A stretch of 64,000 bases of DNA from Lingula anatina. Lineage: Eukaryota; Animalia; Brachiopoda. Where the stretch lies: contig CM120640.1 of assembly GCA_051362555.1 (NCBI GenBank), forward strand, positions 434,001 through 498,000. The letters run 5' to 3'. Positions 29,601-44,727 of this stretch are shown here, one piece after another (within the stretch, counting starts at the first letter, position 1; the number at the start of each line of letters is the position of its first letter). The notes under the pieces were generated by a model. It saw nothing but the letters and a program-made list of their open reading frames with translations. It was not told the DNA's origin and searched no databases. The position numbers and the translations under genes are program-made.

Positions 29601-30258
29601 ATAAAATAATATATTTGACAAATAAACATTTGCGAACTAATATCGCTTCCAAACTTTTGAGCTTATTACAAAAATCATCTACATTTTTCAGTCGGTACAC
29701 CCTAGGCCCTGCACTTTTCAGAAAAAAATGAAAAAAAAAAATGAAAACTATATTTGTATTTTTTGTCCTATAAAGATACAGCATGTTGCTAAAAAAGACT
29801 TCTTCGAGATAAACTATGAAAAAAATCAGTCCAGAATCAAAGCTTTTATCTTATATGAAGCAATACGAGTAATATTGCGCAAAGAAATATCATAAGGACA
29901 ACCGGAGGGTTTGGGAAACATCATGCACAATTTTGATTTTTTGAAACATCTTTTTTCTTGCTATATGTGACTAAAGTTTCAATCCTTAGGTCATGGTACT
30001 TTTACATTGGTATTCTGATCTGTCTATTTATGACCGACATTAATTCATCAGACACAGCTTTGATTCCTTCCTAAGATGGGTAGAAATATGAATATGGAAG
30101 TTTAGGACTAGGTTTTCAGACATGCTTAGTCTAATCAGATACATGAAAACATGTTGAAAGCAACGCGTTCAGACACAGCGTGGACGCTTTCAGAACACGA
30201 ATATCGTGTTACTTCTGTTTCAGTACTTAAGAAGTCGTGTTATAGACATATCATACAT

Positions 30259-30507
30259 AAGTGGCGGATTTAGGGGGTGTCAGGGGGGTCCTGACCCCCT
30301 CCCCCTTCGATTTCTGAAAAAATTACACCAATGCTCCCCTCTTGAAATTAGGATTTTGACTAGCTGAATCATAGTTTGAAACCGGACCAATTGGCACCGT
30401 TCGCCCTCTAAAATACCAAAACTTTTCGGGAGCCTTCGAACCCCACGCCAAAGGGGGGAGGGGGGTCTTGGACCCCCCCTTCAAATAATCCTGGGGATCC
30501 GACCCTG
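30259..30507. mobile_element. Degenerate GC-rich MITE-like element
   Basis: Ends agtggcggattt...ggatccgaccctg form an imperfect inverted repeat. Internal ggggggtcctgaccccc and gggggtcttggacccccc hairpins. Confidence 0.6.
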
Positions 30508-33500
30508 TACGTGTAGCACTAACACTTTGCTTCTTCAATGGTTTCAAACCTGATGATGATGGAATAAAGACGAACCGTTCTTTGCTATTGTATAACATAG
30601 CTGAATTTCACAGGCTGAGACAGAAAAGGCAATTGCTTCCCTGGAATTTTCCTGGAACAGTTTCATTTTCAGGACTCGCCCCAGGGGGTTTGTTTGGGCG
30701 TCCCTGGCTGGTGACCGTTTGCTTTGTCATTGTCCAACCCCTGGCTAAAGGACTGTTGACATCTTTTTCACATTTGTAATTATTTTACGTTAGAGGTTGT
30801 GTTTGCTTAGAATGTTTCTAACATCAGATAGGCTGCAGCAGATACGTAAATTTGCCTTTCGCTTTGATGTGATAACACGACATGGTAATTATACAAAATA
30901 AAATCAATTTCGATGCATTCTATCAATTTGATATCATATTGCATGCTGCCTGGACTTCCGTATTGCAACCTGAAACCAACCAAAAATTCTGAAGAGCCAA
31001 CACTGCTTTTTTCACACCACAGTTGCTCACTAAGAATGTTATACTTTTTCTGTGTCAGATATTTGTATGTAAAGATATCCATCATCGCGACTCAGATGTA
31101 TACTTTACAAAATAACAAAAAAGAACAGAGTTTTTCTATTATATGTGAATGCAACCTCAAAAATGCACCCAGACAATAAATCTTCAGCTTACAGCGATGT
31201 AAACAGTGACGTGATTCCTGCACTTGAAATTTAGTTCTTTATTTTGTCCAAGTAATGTAGATGTACAATACTGGAGAAATGTTTTCTCAGCCATAGAAAT
31301 TCGTGTATAAAATATATCCATCAGGATTGAAATGTATTCTGTAAAAATCTGATTTTGGTAATGACATGTAAATGGAATCTCAGAAAGTTTTCAGCATACA
31401 GCGATATAAACGGATATTGGATTTCATCACTTTTCTACGTTGTCCAAATACTTGTACAAAACTTGATAAAATTGTAATAGGCGTACATTTTGTTTTCAAA
31501 ATTTTGTTTGGTGCATTCTGTTCAGTTGTCAGTTCTGAAACTGACTTTTTTACGGAAAAACGTTTGTATCTCAAAAAAGTGCCAACATTAACAGCGTTTG
31601 GAACCGTTCATGTATAATCATCTATATTGTTCGTTTAAGGTTTCAGTTGTATTTAAATTTAAAGGTAATGTGTGTCTCAAGCAACAGTTCCTTTTCTAGA
31701 ATTTCGCGTTAGGCCTTCACTTTATCAGAAATCGTTTTGTTAAATAAAACCATGCAAATAAGTGATTTTGGATGTTTGGGCGATAGCTTACCTGAGTACA
31801 GCGAAGCATTTTGGAATATTTGAGGTAATTTTGTTGTGTGTCATTGGCGTCCTGCTAACGTACAGCACTTCATCGATTTAAGATAGAAAACGCGAAAAAC
31901 ACAATTGTGTAATTTAAAGTCCAGTAATGTAGTGAAACCATTGCACATGGATCCAGTCTCTTTGATTATATCTGATTAACACATTTTTATCCATGTCATG
32001 TACTGCACACAAGAGAATCAGGTTCGGAAAAAATAAGAGGTCGTGTGCTCCAACACTCGAAAGAGCTTTTGATTGAAGTATTTGAGATAAATACTTGATC
32101 AACATTTAGATAAAAAGAACAATATAAAATCGACTCCGAATGCTTTTACCTGATATAAAAATAAAATGAAAAGTACAATCATAGGTAAAGAAATGAAATG
32201 AAAAGTGAATTGATCTTAAAGTCTCTAGTAGGACCAATCAATTTGGACGAAAACGTGTATTGATGGCAAGAAAAAGTGCAATTTAGAGACATAAAAACTG
32301 TCCATTTATCTCTCTATGTTACAGTCAATTAGCCGTGTGAATAAAGCTCTACCTAGGCGGCGGTAGCCCCATTCTTCAGCCCCCACCACCGATAAAAACA
32401 GTCTTTAAAAAGAATGAAACTTGTGCTGAACGATGTATGCATTAGGCTAAAACGTTATTCAGTAGTTAAAATCATATAAAGAGCCGCTCCTTTAGGACTT
32501 GCAATTAGAGCGTTATTATCGGTGTAATACAATACGTACTTAAAGCTGTCATCTAAGTACAATTCATGACGGTGTGTGAGAGAGACAAGCAAGAGTTAAT
32601 TGTATCAATTGTTCAACACGTAACTGAGTGTGGTAACTGCAGTAAGCAAACAGTCGGATCACGACGCGATCCATGTTGCAATCCCGTAGAGACCAGACAA
32701 AAGACTTAATCAGCGCATTTCAGGCATGGAAAGAAGTAATCCAAATTTCAGCAGTTATGGCGACTCCCATGCAGATAACAATATCAATTTGTGCCGTCCG
32801 AAATCGTCACGACAATGAAACAGAGCAATGACCGCCACCTAGATATTCCAGACTTGAAGTACAGCCTACTCTCATCCACGCAGATAATCTGTTTCAGGAG
32901 CAAACATAATCTCTCTGTAATTGACTGAAGTACTTTGTATGTAATTCCCAATGCTCCTTTTGAACAACGCCTATTGATAAATTTATGAGAAAATTGTGAA
33001 TGATAGTTTGTGTTCATTTGTAGACATCACTTTTAACGTTTTCATAAAACAAGCCGCAGACTGAGAATTATTCTGTAAAAGTGCGAAATTAGTTTACAAA
33101 TTGTGTGTAATTGTGAAAGTTGTGTACACTTTATATTGGGGGTGTCTGTTAAAATTATGACGAATCTTCATTCATCATTTTCACCACTGCATAGTTCCAA
33201 CTTTTACAGTTGAATTAAAGTAAAAGATAAAACTATACTTACTAGACCTTATGCTTAATCGTAAGCTGTAGAAAAATTTTCTAATCTTTATAAGAAGTTA
33301 TATTTGAAATCTGATGACGTCAAATGACTATTCTTAAATTATGTTGTCCAGTTGTTACAGCGGTGGTGGGGTGAGGTAGGGGTGGGGATGGGTTACTGCT
33401 TGGCTCTTTTCTCGGCATTATTCCCATTCACAGATGTTGGAACTGTCATTCTGTTGTAGCAACTTTGACTATCAATTTAAAACCATAAATCAATTTAAAA

Positions 33501-36063
33501 ATACATAAATAAAGATACTTGGTAAGTGCCCCAGCAAGACATATCCGGAGGGCATTATATCTTTGTTAGAGAGGAGGGGGTTCTTTTTAAAGAAATATGA
33601 AAATAAATAAAGAATGGGAAAAACAAATGATAAAAGTTCTATAGACATACATCTGATATGATAACCCCCGTTTTATTTCAATTTGCATGTATACACAAAG
33701 GTACGATTGATTTACGGGACGATTGATTTATATTTCCACTTACTGATATAGCTACATACTCCATTGGTAAAAAAGTGGGCGCCTGACTTTATTTCTTCCA
33801 TGTAGTTAAGATAAATGAATTGAGAAAAAATTATCCTTGAGCAGAAATGGTTTTCATATCCACAAAATTGTGAAAATAAATTGTCCATACCATTTCATCT
33901 GTCAGGTAAATTTTACCTGAAAATTAAGGTAATAATCATGTTACTTGCACAGACGAGATTTAAAACAATTAGCATTCTACCGTCTGATTTATTTGACAGA
34001 TAAAAAGTATCCATGTGATTACGAATCAAAAATCATCTGCAATAAGAAAGATTAATCTAAGTTATGCCGGAAACATTTTTCTACGAGAAAAGAGAATAAA
34101 GCACAAAAGGTTACGCCATCAAAGAGATCGTTCTTTTCCAGGTTCATCATTTCCTGTCTAAATCTGAATTTCACCACCTATTTTTCAGCATGTAACACAT
34201 TTACCTAATAACTCTTCAGACCTCATAAATAAGAACCGCAAAAGAATATATACGCCTTCGTATCAGGCGATAAAAATGGTCTTTCGGTTATTTCAATAAA
34301 TTTTAAACTATCAAGATACACACGTCTTTTGTTTTGTGATTATTTATAGTTAGCTAAGTAATGGTTAAAATGAAATATTTGAAAAACTACAGTTTAATCA
34401 TATACGAACAGTGAAAACAATCTAATTTTATTCTCTTATATACATGTAGAGGATCTATCCTGGGTATCGCTGTCTTTGAGAAATCTTTAATTTTTCTTTT
34501 AAAATCAGATTCTGATGATAAACACGAACTATTATTGTTGGAAATTTTGAAAAGGCAGATTATATTACAATAATGTATGTAGTATATTAATTATTTACAT
34601 AATCACGCTTTCGTGGGAGTTAGTATCATCCTCATTATTATTATGGTATATTTGTAGTCACCTTAGCATTTCTCATGGTCAAACAATATTTGGCAGCACA
34701 GGAGTACCTGCTGCACGCGGACCTGTATGAACCCACTCTCTGGACCGTCACAGGGCTCTTCAGTATAGAATGTTATAAAATCGAGGAAGAGGCTTGTCAG
34801 CAATTTTGTAACAGACTAGCAGCAACCAGAGAGTAGTCACGTTAGATGTCTGGATTACAGTTGCTGTGTTTTTCTTTTTGTATGCTAATACCTTTAGAAA
34901 ACACGGAACTAACGCCACTTTCAGTATCAAATTTTGGCTTTGATTTCACGTTCTCTTTTTTATTTTATTTATTTTTTTGTTTGTTTGTTTATCTTTTGTA
35001 GTGCTGGCGATAAACGTAGTTTCATGAACCCTAAGATACCCTGGTTTATACTTCACAGAGATTTATTTTGTTACAGCCAGTTACGGGGCATAGTTTCTTT
35101 TCTTTTTTCTTTTTTTTTTTTTTTTTTTTTTTTTTGATAAATGGCTCTGATGCTTCTCTAACTTCAATTTACGCCCTAAAAGAAGAAATTCACGTTCTCC
35201 TTGATGAAAAAAAATGTCAGAGACATCGTTTCGGGTATTGTGAAAATGATGTTAACGGCAGCTAATGTGACTCAAGGGTGAATCTCACCAGGATACTTTT
35301 TACATCAAAATGGACACATCCTGTTAGTGGAAAAACGGGGACGCCTTAATGGAGCATTGCGTGCAAGAATAGAAGTAAAAACTCCCTGTCTTGAAAAACA
35401 AACCTTACTAGCTACGAGTTTTCTTATTTTGATATTTTACCACACGGCGCAATAAAATACATGTATTTACCCTCTTTCGGGAAGGGGGGGGGCTTCTCCT
35501 CCACGAAAACTATTCAATAACTATATTTTTATGATTCAGATATTGTCTTTTTGATGTTTTGCATTTTTTACTATTTGATGTGGAGTATTTTTTTCGGTTC
35601 ACAGTTTTCAGCAGTGTCTGCAGCTCTCCGTAATGCTCACATCAGTTTAGTCTTTTTAACATTAGCAAATAGTTTTGGCATTTGGTTGAACTGCAATCTG
35701 GAGGCGCACAAGGACAAAATAGATTGTTAAAAAATATCTTAAAATTTTGCTTTGCCAAAATGTCTTTCGACCAAATATGTCGCTCTCGAATCATTGCAAC
35801 AGGCAAGTTCACCCTAGCTAATTGGAAAGGCACATCCATTTGGTCGCAAATTGTGTTAATTTTATTCCATAACTTAATGATCATATTGATAGCTACTTAT
35901 CCAAATCAAGTAGGGAAGATGGAATTCAAGCTTAGTTAATGAGCGTTAGATCTAAATCTGTGATTGTCTTCGTTTTATAGATCGTATGAAATTGAAGAAT
36001 ATTTTGCCAATGTATTTACGCTTGTTAAGTGAAGGTAAAATTATGGAAATCTTGGCGGATATA

Positions 36064-36400
36064 CTGAGAAACCGGTTGTATTGCATATGAAAGGCATATC
36101 TTGGCTAGGCTAAGGGCGCATTCCCATAGATTTTAGATCGATCTATCTCCGTGTGGAGTCTCACTTGATTACTGTCAGATAATCCGGCTTAAATGTCCGT
36201 CCCGCCTATACTACAAGCTGTAAGGGGGGTAATTAACTTCCGTGCGCGGTCGGCTGACTGCAATTTAGCGTGAACCCCCCAGGGAGTTAGGTCGGTCTAA
36301 AGTAGATCGATCTAATCTCTGGAAATGGGGTCTAAATCTCTTGGAATGCCCTCTTAGAGACGAATGGAAAATATACCTTTTCATATGCACAGTTTCACAG
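36064..36400. mobile_element. Degenerate MITE-like inverted-repeat element
   Basis: ctgagaaac...tgcatatgaaaggcatat...tagatcgatcta is mirrored by tagatcgatcta...atataccttttcatatgca...gtttcacag. Confidence 0.55.
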
Positions 36401-36863
36401 CACCGACTTGTTATTAGATAGAGTTTAAAGAGAGACGCAATGTACATTTTTCATACAACTCTAGCACGTGAACAGTTCACTCATGCATCTGTATTAACGA
36501 TTGTCTGCACATACATAAAACAGTGTTTTTTTTTTTGCATTGAAAAACTCCTGCTGTTATAGAATAGTAATTTATTACCATAATTGTAAATCATTAGACA
36601 TTTTAAACAGTACCAAAATAATATTTCTGTACAACCCTTCAGCCGAAAACAAAGCTTGCTTCTTCATATTTCCAAATAAACATACGTGAACTTGGTTCGA
36701 GTATTTTCTATTAGAGTTCAAGTGAACCACAACTCTGTAAATCACAGAAATTGCGCATTCAAGCAAATGCTTAAAGAATTGTTAGCTTTGCATTGACTTT
36801 TAAGTTCCATGTTCATGAATATCAAAAACCTTCATTAATAATGAAATAGATGGAAAAGAACTA

Positions 36864-37837
36864 TTAGTTCTTGGATGCGATTTCATTTTTAGCCGGTGCA
36901 ACTTTACTGATTTTACTATTTTCGCTTCTTTTGCCAAGTCGTAGCATGCGCATCTTTCGCTTCTCTTCGTGTTGTGAAAAGTCAGAATCCTCTTTTGAAA
37001 GGTCGTTTGTTTTTTGGGAGTCGCTTCTTCCCAGCCGTAGCATTCTCATACGCTTTCCCAGTCGTAATCCGCGGAAAGCACGTTTGTCTGCGTACGTGTC
37101 AAAATAAGGATCCTCATCATAAACTGGGGGCATGTCATACGCTTCGTAGCGGCCAATGCGGGGATAGGGGATTATTCCACGGACGTATTGCTCATAGTCT
37201 TCATTGGGCAAATAGGGAAGGGGCTCGTCATCTGAACGCTTTGCTGTGGGCTCGCCGAGGCGCGGGAGAGATGGGCTGCCCTTTTTCTCGTCGTAATGGC
37301 TCTCTGGCCTATCTACAGCCGAGCGCTTTTTCCGAGAAAGGACAAAGGGGAGAGAGGCGTCGTGGTTGGCCTCCTCTGCGGCCGCCCACTCGTAGTCCTG
37401 CAGTTCTTTGCCAACTCGGGGTCTCGGATTGGCGGCCGGCCAGTTCCATTCCTCACTAAATGGCGCATAGTCTAAGTCTTTCCCTATTCTGGGATAAGTA
37501 GGAATTTGACGACGGAATTGCTCTGCGATATCATTTCTTGGCTCGTAGAAAAGATCGTAGGGGTAACCGTACATGTAGGGGTCGCCTCGTTTCCCGAGCC
37601 TCAGCATCCTCATACCGCGACCAAGGCGGATCATCTTCAGCTGGTTGGCTCTCTTTCCCATGCGCATAATCCCCAATCCTCGGGTGTCTCTTTCAAACCC
37701 ATCTGCTAAATAACCTGCAAGATAACCATGGAGTCTTATAATAGGGGTTAAATATATATTTATTATAGGGCTTATACTGTAACTGATGTCGAGGTTATAC
37801 ACTGTATAATGGCAACGTGGATGTATTAAACCCTCCC

Positions 37838-37876
<39 letters not shown>

Positions 37877-40800
37877 GATAATGTTTGTTGGCTGGTATAT
37901 GCTTATCTACATTGATCGTTCACAGAATAGAGGCATTAATAGCGTCTTATGGAGGAAGCCCTATTGTGATTTCACTAGGAAGATATGTTGGGCCGGACGC
38001 ACCCTGAAGCACTTCCAAAAAATATAGACTGCAAAATCAGCGAATATTCATTACCAAGTATTGCAATAGTCCTTCGTTAAGCTCTTAATTCAGACATGCT
38101 TTGAAGTGTAGATAAAACGATTCATCTAATTGTTTAATCTCCATCTCATGATATTGGCGAGGCGCACCATTCCTATTCATTTGTTTCCTTACTTTCTCGC
38201 TCAATAAGGAAAGAGCAAATATAGTCATGCATCATCTCTTCGCTACTAGACGAGTTACTTTCCCTTATTGATCGCACACTTACGTTTCAATTTATCAAGA
38301 AAAAATTAAGACAAATCTTTGCAATAAACTGGCTTGGGCTAGGACCCTTTACCCGAGGCTGACTAATATAGTTTTCAAAAACAATGTATTTTTTATTAGT
38401 CTTCTTTAATAATGACCTTCACAAAATTTCACAAGACTTTGATTTGCGCTTTTTTAAAATAGTTAACGTAAGAAATTTTTGCTGTTTAGTTTTGAAATAC
38501 AGTTTTGTAACAGCGGTGCCTCAGTAGACTCTATGTTAAGTTTTTCAGATTAAGTCTGAGTTGAATTAATCCACAATTTTTGTTTGAACCCATTTCGTTT
38601 TTACCTGGTCATCATTTACCAGTGTTAGACTAAACTTATTCCACAGACCGTGAATTTTAATAGGAAGGAACATTACACTAACTGTAACAATTTCAACAAT
38701 CAAACCAAGCCATATTTTTAGGGCACATGGAGCTGGTAAAAAGACGCCTTAATCATAGGCCCCATTCAGAATAGGGGACTTACTAGTACGAGGGTCAAAT
38801 ATGGCCGACCCACTTGAATACTTCCCCACGGGATATCTATTCAGTGTCTATTGGCGGATTAGACGGCAAGCTTTGTAGTGGGTCGCCATATTTGACCCTC
38901 GGACTAGTTAGTCCTCTATTCTAAATGAGGCCATATACATGCACGTATATGTTCCACACAGGTGTACAACTGGTTGGCCAATTTGGAAAGTCGGGGCATT
39001 CTGAAGGAGCATTACTTTGCGTTTGTCAGGATGTTATTTTCAACAAATAATTGCCTAAATGTGCTCTTTGTGTAAATTATTCTGCGGTGATTGAAGCACA
39101 GAAAATATTGCTGCATCGTTTTTTTTTACACACGGTTCCAGATTGAAGAACGTATGTGTCATTATGTACAAAGAATGGGCATATTCCACTCACATTTCAA
39201 CATTTGTACATCTAATTTTTTTCTTTCATGATATGAGTGCTTGAAGAAAAAATGTTTCACATGCCGAAAACGGATTTATCAAAATGGTTATTCGAAATCA
39301 TAAATTAGAAAACAAACAAACAGAACAAGAAAAAAAGGAAACTTATTGGATTGCGCTCCACTTTTTCAGCCAATTAAAATCGCTCAATTCAACAACTCAA
39401 GACTTAATGGAGTTAGAAACTATGCTTTAAAGTATCGTACGATTTAAGTGCATTCTTTTCACCAATATCTGATATGTGTTTGGATCATTTATCACAAATG
39501 TCATTCAGTCAAACGTTATAAATCATTACCACTCTATTTTCTATAGTATACATAGGCATGGTGGTACACAGGCTTGTAAATGGTACAATAGGGAGTAATT
39601 AGTATTTAGTTTTAGAATTTGATAAACATTAAGTCGTTTACATTTAATGAAGCATGGTCAGAACTTGTACAAAAAAGAGAATTTGGTTACTTTTTTATTT
39701 CCTTGGTCCTATTTCATAAGTGCCAAGCTTCAACGTCAGCTGAACAGTCATTTCCGTGGAACAGTGTTGTTATTCAAGTGTAAAGTCAAAGCTTTTAACT
39801 TAGCATTAATATGATACTTGGCTTGAATCAATGTTCCATTATGAGCAAACGCAGTTAAAAGAAATAAACCCTTAATAGACGTATCATGATGGAATGATAT
39901 TGAAAATTGGCAAATGTGTTTGTTTTTGATGCTGCATTTTCTAAAATGCGCCGAGATATAAGCTGGTCTGGCAGGATTGCCCTCCGTCTGCTTGGAATGC
40001 CCTTTTCAAATCCTTTACTTGTCGAAGTAGCTGATGCTCTAGACTCTGATATCTGTCACTAGAATAGTTCGCTGTCAAATCAGCAAAGCAAACACGCTAG
40101 TCGCTTGAATGCATGTTGCTTTTCGCCCAGGTGGTGACTTTAGCATCAAGATAAACTAATAGGCTTGCAAGGGGTTGTAGGTGACTTTTTCTTAGAGTGC
40201 CATCTCGTTTGGCTATTATGCTAAGGCAATGTGTTAAATACAGGACGTATATGTACATGTACAACTACCGAGAGGGTGGCAAAACATGACATAATTTTGT
40301 CAAAAATTTGATCGAAAGAGATCACCACTTATACTCTGTGAAAAACGGGGATTTTGTGCTAAAGTCTTAAAATCTGATTCTTTATGATGTCAGAGGAGAG
40401 TAATGCCCTGATATTTTAGCAAACTGTTGTTATGTTTATCCCCGATTTTGTTCTTTGTTTCTAACGTAATGGTGAAATAAAAAAAAAAACAATTAAAAAG
40501 AGTTCTCCTTGTAAGAAATCTGGCCAATCTCTTCACTTTCGTGATGTTTACGTCCAAAAACGAATGTCCTGGCAAACCTTTTAACTAAAGCGCCTGAGGG
40601 GGCCCCTATGCTACAATGTACACGATACGGCTTCCATTTTTAAACAAACGTGAAACTCAGGTGATATTTTTGCCTTGACACCTGCCAACTGTACCCATGT
40701 TGTGACCGTATGGCTGAAGAGTGCCAGTTTGATATATGTAGACTGTGTTCAGGTATGTCTAATTCTAGCTGATAAGGTGATTATTTAACGAAGTAGTATT

Positions 40801-43800
40801 GGCGACAATGTAATATTATAAAGTTTGCTATAGGTGTGATGACAGTTACACCAATAAGTGTCTTTATTTCCACGTTACAATGGTTCTACTGTTTAACTTT
40901 GTCTCTCGTACGGTATAATGGCTGTCCAAAATTGGCAATTAAATTTCGCCTTAATGAGGAGCCGCTGTATCATTAAAACACGTTTATCACAATAATTACC
41001 ATACGTAATATTCCTTGTTTGCGCATCAGAGAGATTTTCATGATTTTCTGCTTAATGGTGACACCGTCTTTTGTTTTAATGATCAACGCGGATGAATGGC
41101 GCCACTCAAATGGATTTTAACAATTGAAGCGGAGATTGATATCAATTAAAAGTCATTGTGATTTCAGGCAACGGTAGTTTTTCATGCCACTGAATAGTCG
41201 TAATTACAGGTGATACGCACTGGTTGAAATGCTTATCTTGATGGTTGAATCGTATATCTAGATGGTTCAAATTTACATCTGATTGGTTGAAATGTATAAT
41301 TAGTTGGTTTAAATGTAAACGTGTACCCGATTAGTCAAATTGTTTATCTGAATGGTTGAAAATAATTTATCACGTTGATTAAAATGTTTATCAGAATGGT
41401 TGAAAAATATGCATGTATATCTGGATGGTTGAAATGTATTTTTAATGGGTTGAAATGCATATCTGATGGGTTGAAATATATGTATATAATAATGGTTTTA
41501 ATGTATATAACAGTGGTTGAAATCGTTGAAATGTGAATGTGCATCTTGATGTATATATGTAGATGGTTGAAATGTACATTAAATGGTCAAAGGCTATGTC
41601 AGAAAAGCTTAATTACACATGAAAATCATCCGCTGGTAACTTATTTCCATGATCGCGATCTTACATAGGCCAGTTAAACGAAACGAAGTTCGCACGGATC
41701 GACATACTTTTTCATTGATTTGGGATGGTGGGTTTAAGTAAGTCTAATTAGCTGGTTTTCACTATTTTGCCCATTACGCAAGGAACATGTCTAGCAATTC
41801 AACTAGATAGACTTAACGCTTCTTTCTTCAAATAAGACTGACGAATTGGTAGGTTATACTATGTTTTTAAAAAGGAATTGAACCCTATTAGCTTTTGTGA
41901 TAATTTAAAACTAGAAAAGGTTATTAACTGTATGTCTTTGTAGAAACTGTGTGATTGGAAAAAATTCGATAAAATGGCCATTAAGCAAGAACGTTCACAA
42001 TATCCAAATTTTAGCTTTCACTTCAATCAAGATTTTGTGAATGCCAGCTATTCTACCTAACGCAGACCACATAGCGAGCAATGGGATTTTGATTGACAGC
42101 CAGAGAAAATGGCTGAAGACAAATGGTGCTGGCTGTTAGGGAACCTGATACCATACTCGGCGGTATACTTCCGATATGCCCTCAGAGTTGTCGAGTGTGG
42201 CGAACTACTTTGTTCAAATAAGTTCCTCTGCATCAATCCTCCGTGGCTCATCAACATGGGGAAAATGAATGTTTCAACACCGGTCACTGTCTTAAGCACA
42301 TTTAAGAAAATTTTGACGTGTTACACAGTAGATAAACATACCGTAATTCATGTCCTGCTTTACTTTGAAAACACTTCTGACTGGTATCATTGTTCTGCGG
42401 CGCGTTCAACTCTAACCGTGAAAATATAATTTCACCATGTTTTGAAAACAAGGTTTACTCTCTATTCTATACAGTGTGGACACAAACGATTTTTTCCACA
42501 GAAAGTGCCCCCGCCCACTTATTTCCTTGCACTCTCGGAAAAAGGTTATGAATAAAATAGAACTCAAAATACTCATTAAAGTCCTTTATTTCCCTGCTTA
42601 CGATCACCCAATGCGGCATGGAACGAAAGATAAAGGTTCCAATAATACATTTCCTGACTCGTCCTAGCAGGCATTTTCTGCATTTTATTTCTCTTTCTTC
42701 CCCGTTGTTTTGCCGGTCTTTGCTTTTTTCTTAAATAACCTGTGATCGTAACTGACTGTTTTGTGTCCAGTTCCCCAAAGGATTGGCAAAGCATGAAGAA
42801 CTAACCTGACACGGCTGACATTCTTTTGTTTTCACCTCGGCAGTGTACACACACTTGATAATCGCCGGCGACGTCACGGCCGATTGAATACAAGAACACA
42901 CATTACAGCAATATTACTACCGGTTATTCTGTATTGCGTTACTTGAAATCTGGTTTGTGTGAAAATTTGCCGTGGGACGTTTTGTAATTTCCCCCCGAAA
43001 TTTTACCCATGTTCATCTTTAGAGATAAGGAATATTAGGTGCTTAATGTGTGAATCGCATGTTATCCAGGCTTTTAGAAGTTCGGGCACCATGTGTTTGT
43101 AATCTGTACACTGTACTCACATAGCCACACGGTGAATGCTGCGTGACACTAAGACTGATGTAACAAGTGTGGTCGCCATGCTGCAGGTGATGGCTGGTGT
43201 CTATATACAAAGATATACAAAGATATCTACTTCGTACCTAGCAAACCATAGTGGTCCTCCATGGTAACATTATGCATTCCTAGTCCATTGGCTTTAAAAA
43301 AGATCTAAGGTGCTTGTTTTACAACTGCACAATAAGTATGCAATTTGCTACTTTTTAAATTTATTGCCTGTGATATTGATGTCGCGCTTTTGCAATTAGA
43401 TCAGGCATTGTGTAACTTTCGGTAAAGAAGATTGCTACATTAAAGCTACACGTATGTAGTCACTGATAGCTGTGGCGTCCTCCCCTATTTAAATCAAAAG
43501 TACTTAAACCTATGATCAGTGAGAGAGTGACATGATTCATTTGACAATCCATTGAGCTTATACCACATAGTCGTATGATTTACCTTCAGTTTCCCGAAAA
43601 TGAAACCAAAGCTATTGCTATTACACCACTTGAAAGCCATCATGTCGATTAGCACATTTGAAGAAATAATGTAGATTGACGCTGAAAATCCAACCAGAAA
43701 ATGATTGATTTTGATACTCTGGGCATTTATTAACGAATTAATTGAGAACGTTTCATGTTTTTTCCTCTAAAAGGGTATCGACGGATTAGCCCTTTGATCG

Positions 43801-44727
43801 TTCTTGTGCATTGTACATATTTAAACAATAGAAACCAAGTGCTTCGTGAAGATAAGGGTGACATTTAGGAGTGAAAGTGAATGGCAGTCTGCGATCATTC
43901 TAAGGTACACAATGTGGGCATAGACGTCAGCGTATTCCAAACATGAAACACCACTTGCCAACATTATCTCGGATTTGTTCTTCATTCGTGAACTTCAAAC
44001 TATGCAAACAATTTCGTTGTGCGTTAAGCAGTTCTCGAAAAAAGGGGGTTTTAGATAGTATTATAAAGTCTTCAATAGATTACTTGTCCCTGAGCTGATA
44101 TTTTATATTCTTCTTCCACTCAATTGCGTTTCTAAAGCGCTGTTTTCCATAGAAAGAGCTCTAGCTTAATTAGATCTAATGGCCATTTGATGACGATAAA
44201 TTGCAATTCACATAAATGGTATCTTTATCATTTTAATCGTTCAAGAATTGAAGTCTAACATAATTGCAGGTCACCATATATATAAGCTGACTCTGTCTTT
44301 CAACTCTCATAATTCTCATTATTTGTGATTCAGTCCAAAAGAAGTTCGATAGATATAGAAACCTAACATCTTTAGAAGTATAACAATCTGCTCCTTTAGT
44401 TAGTTGTAATATTTTTTGTGGTAAAACATTTAAGCTGAAATTGTGAAGATTGCTTTTGCTGCTGCTTTATTTCAAGCTGTGAGCATTTTAAATATTTAAT
44501 GTTCATTGATTACCGTTTGAATCTTGTAAATAAATAAACAAAAAACCAACAACGGCAAAAATAAAGGATAAATAAAAAGTAGCACGTAAAAGCAAGGCGC
44601 TACAATTAGTAAATTAAGAGAATAAAATTGATCGAAGTAAAATTATTAATTCAACTTAGAGATAAAAAATCTTACCGTGAAAGGCCTGGAAGAGCAGACA
44701 TATCGTCGCCGTGGCTAAAACGTGCAT
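36864..44727 (-). CDS. Myomodulin / PRXamide neuropeptide precursor (myomodulin-gene-2-like). Exons 44727-44676 and 37714-36864
   Basis: A signal-peptide exon MHVLATATICLLFQAFHG ends g|gtaag and joins in phase 1 to cttgcag|gt. Predicted amidated peptides flanked by basic sites: GLGIMRM, ANQLKMIRL, GMRMLRL, MRMLRL x2, AFRGLRL, QIPTYPRI, ...PRPRV, GIIPYPRI. Confidence 0.9.
37838..37871. repeat. (CT)n microsatellite
   Basis: Direct read. Confidence 0.95.
38758..38932. mobile_element. MITE with about 55-bp TIRs (possibly PIF/Harbinger-like), in the myomodulin intron
   Basis: ggccccattcagaataggggacttactagtacgagggtcaaatatggccgacccact ... agtgggtcgccatatttgaccctcggactagttagtcctctattctaaatgaggcc; ata on both flanks. 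Confidence 0.8.
41220..41590. repeat. Degenerate minisatellite of about 21 bp (tggttgaaat core)
   Basis: More than 10 recurrences of (a)tggttgaaat at roughly regular spacing. Confidence 0.8.

Noticed and set aside
26990-36000. Short ORFs in the intergenic region
   Set aside because: No recognisable domains or consistent exon chains; several derive from simple repeats.
37715-37802. N-terminal extension of the 312-aa ORF
   Set aside because: It starts at a non-ATG codon and lies upstream of a clear acceptor, so it is intronic.
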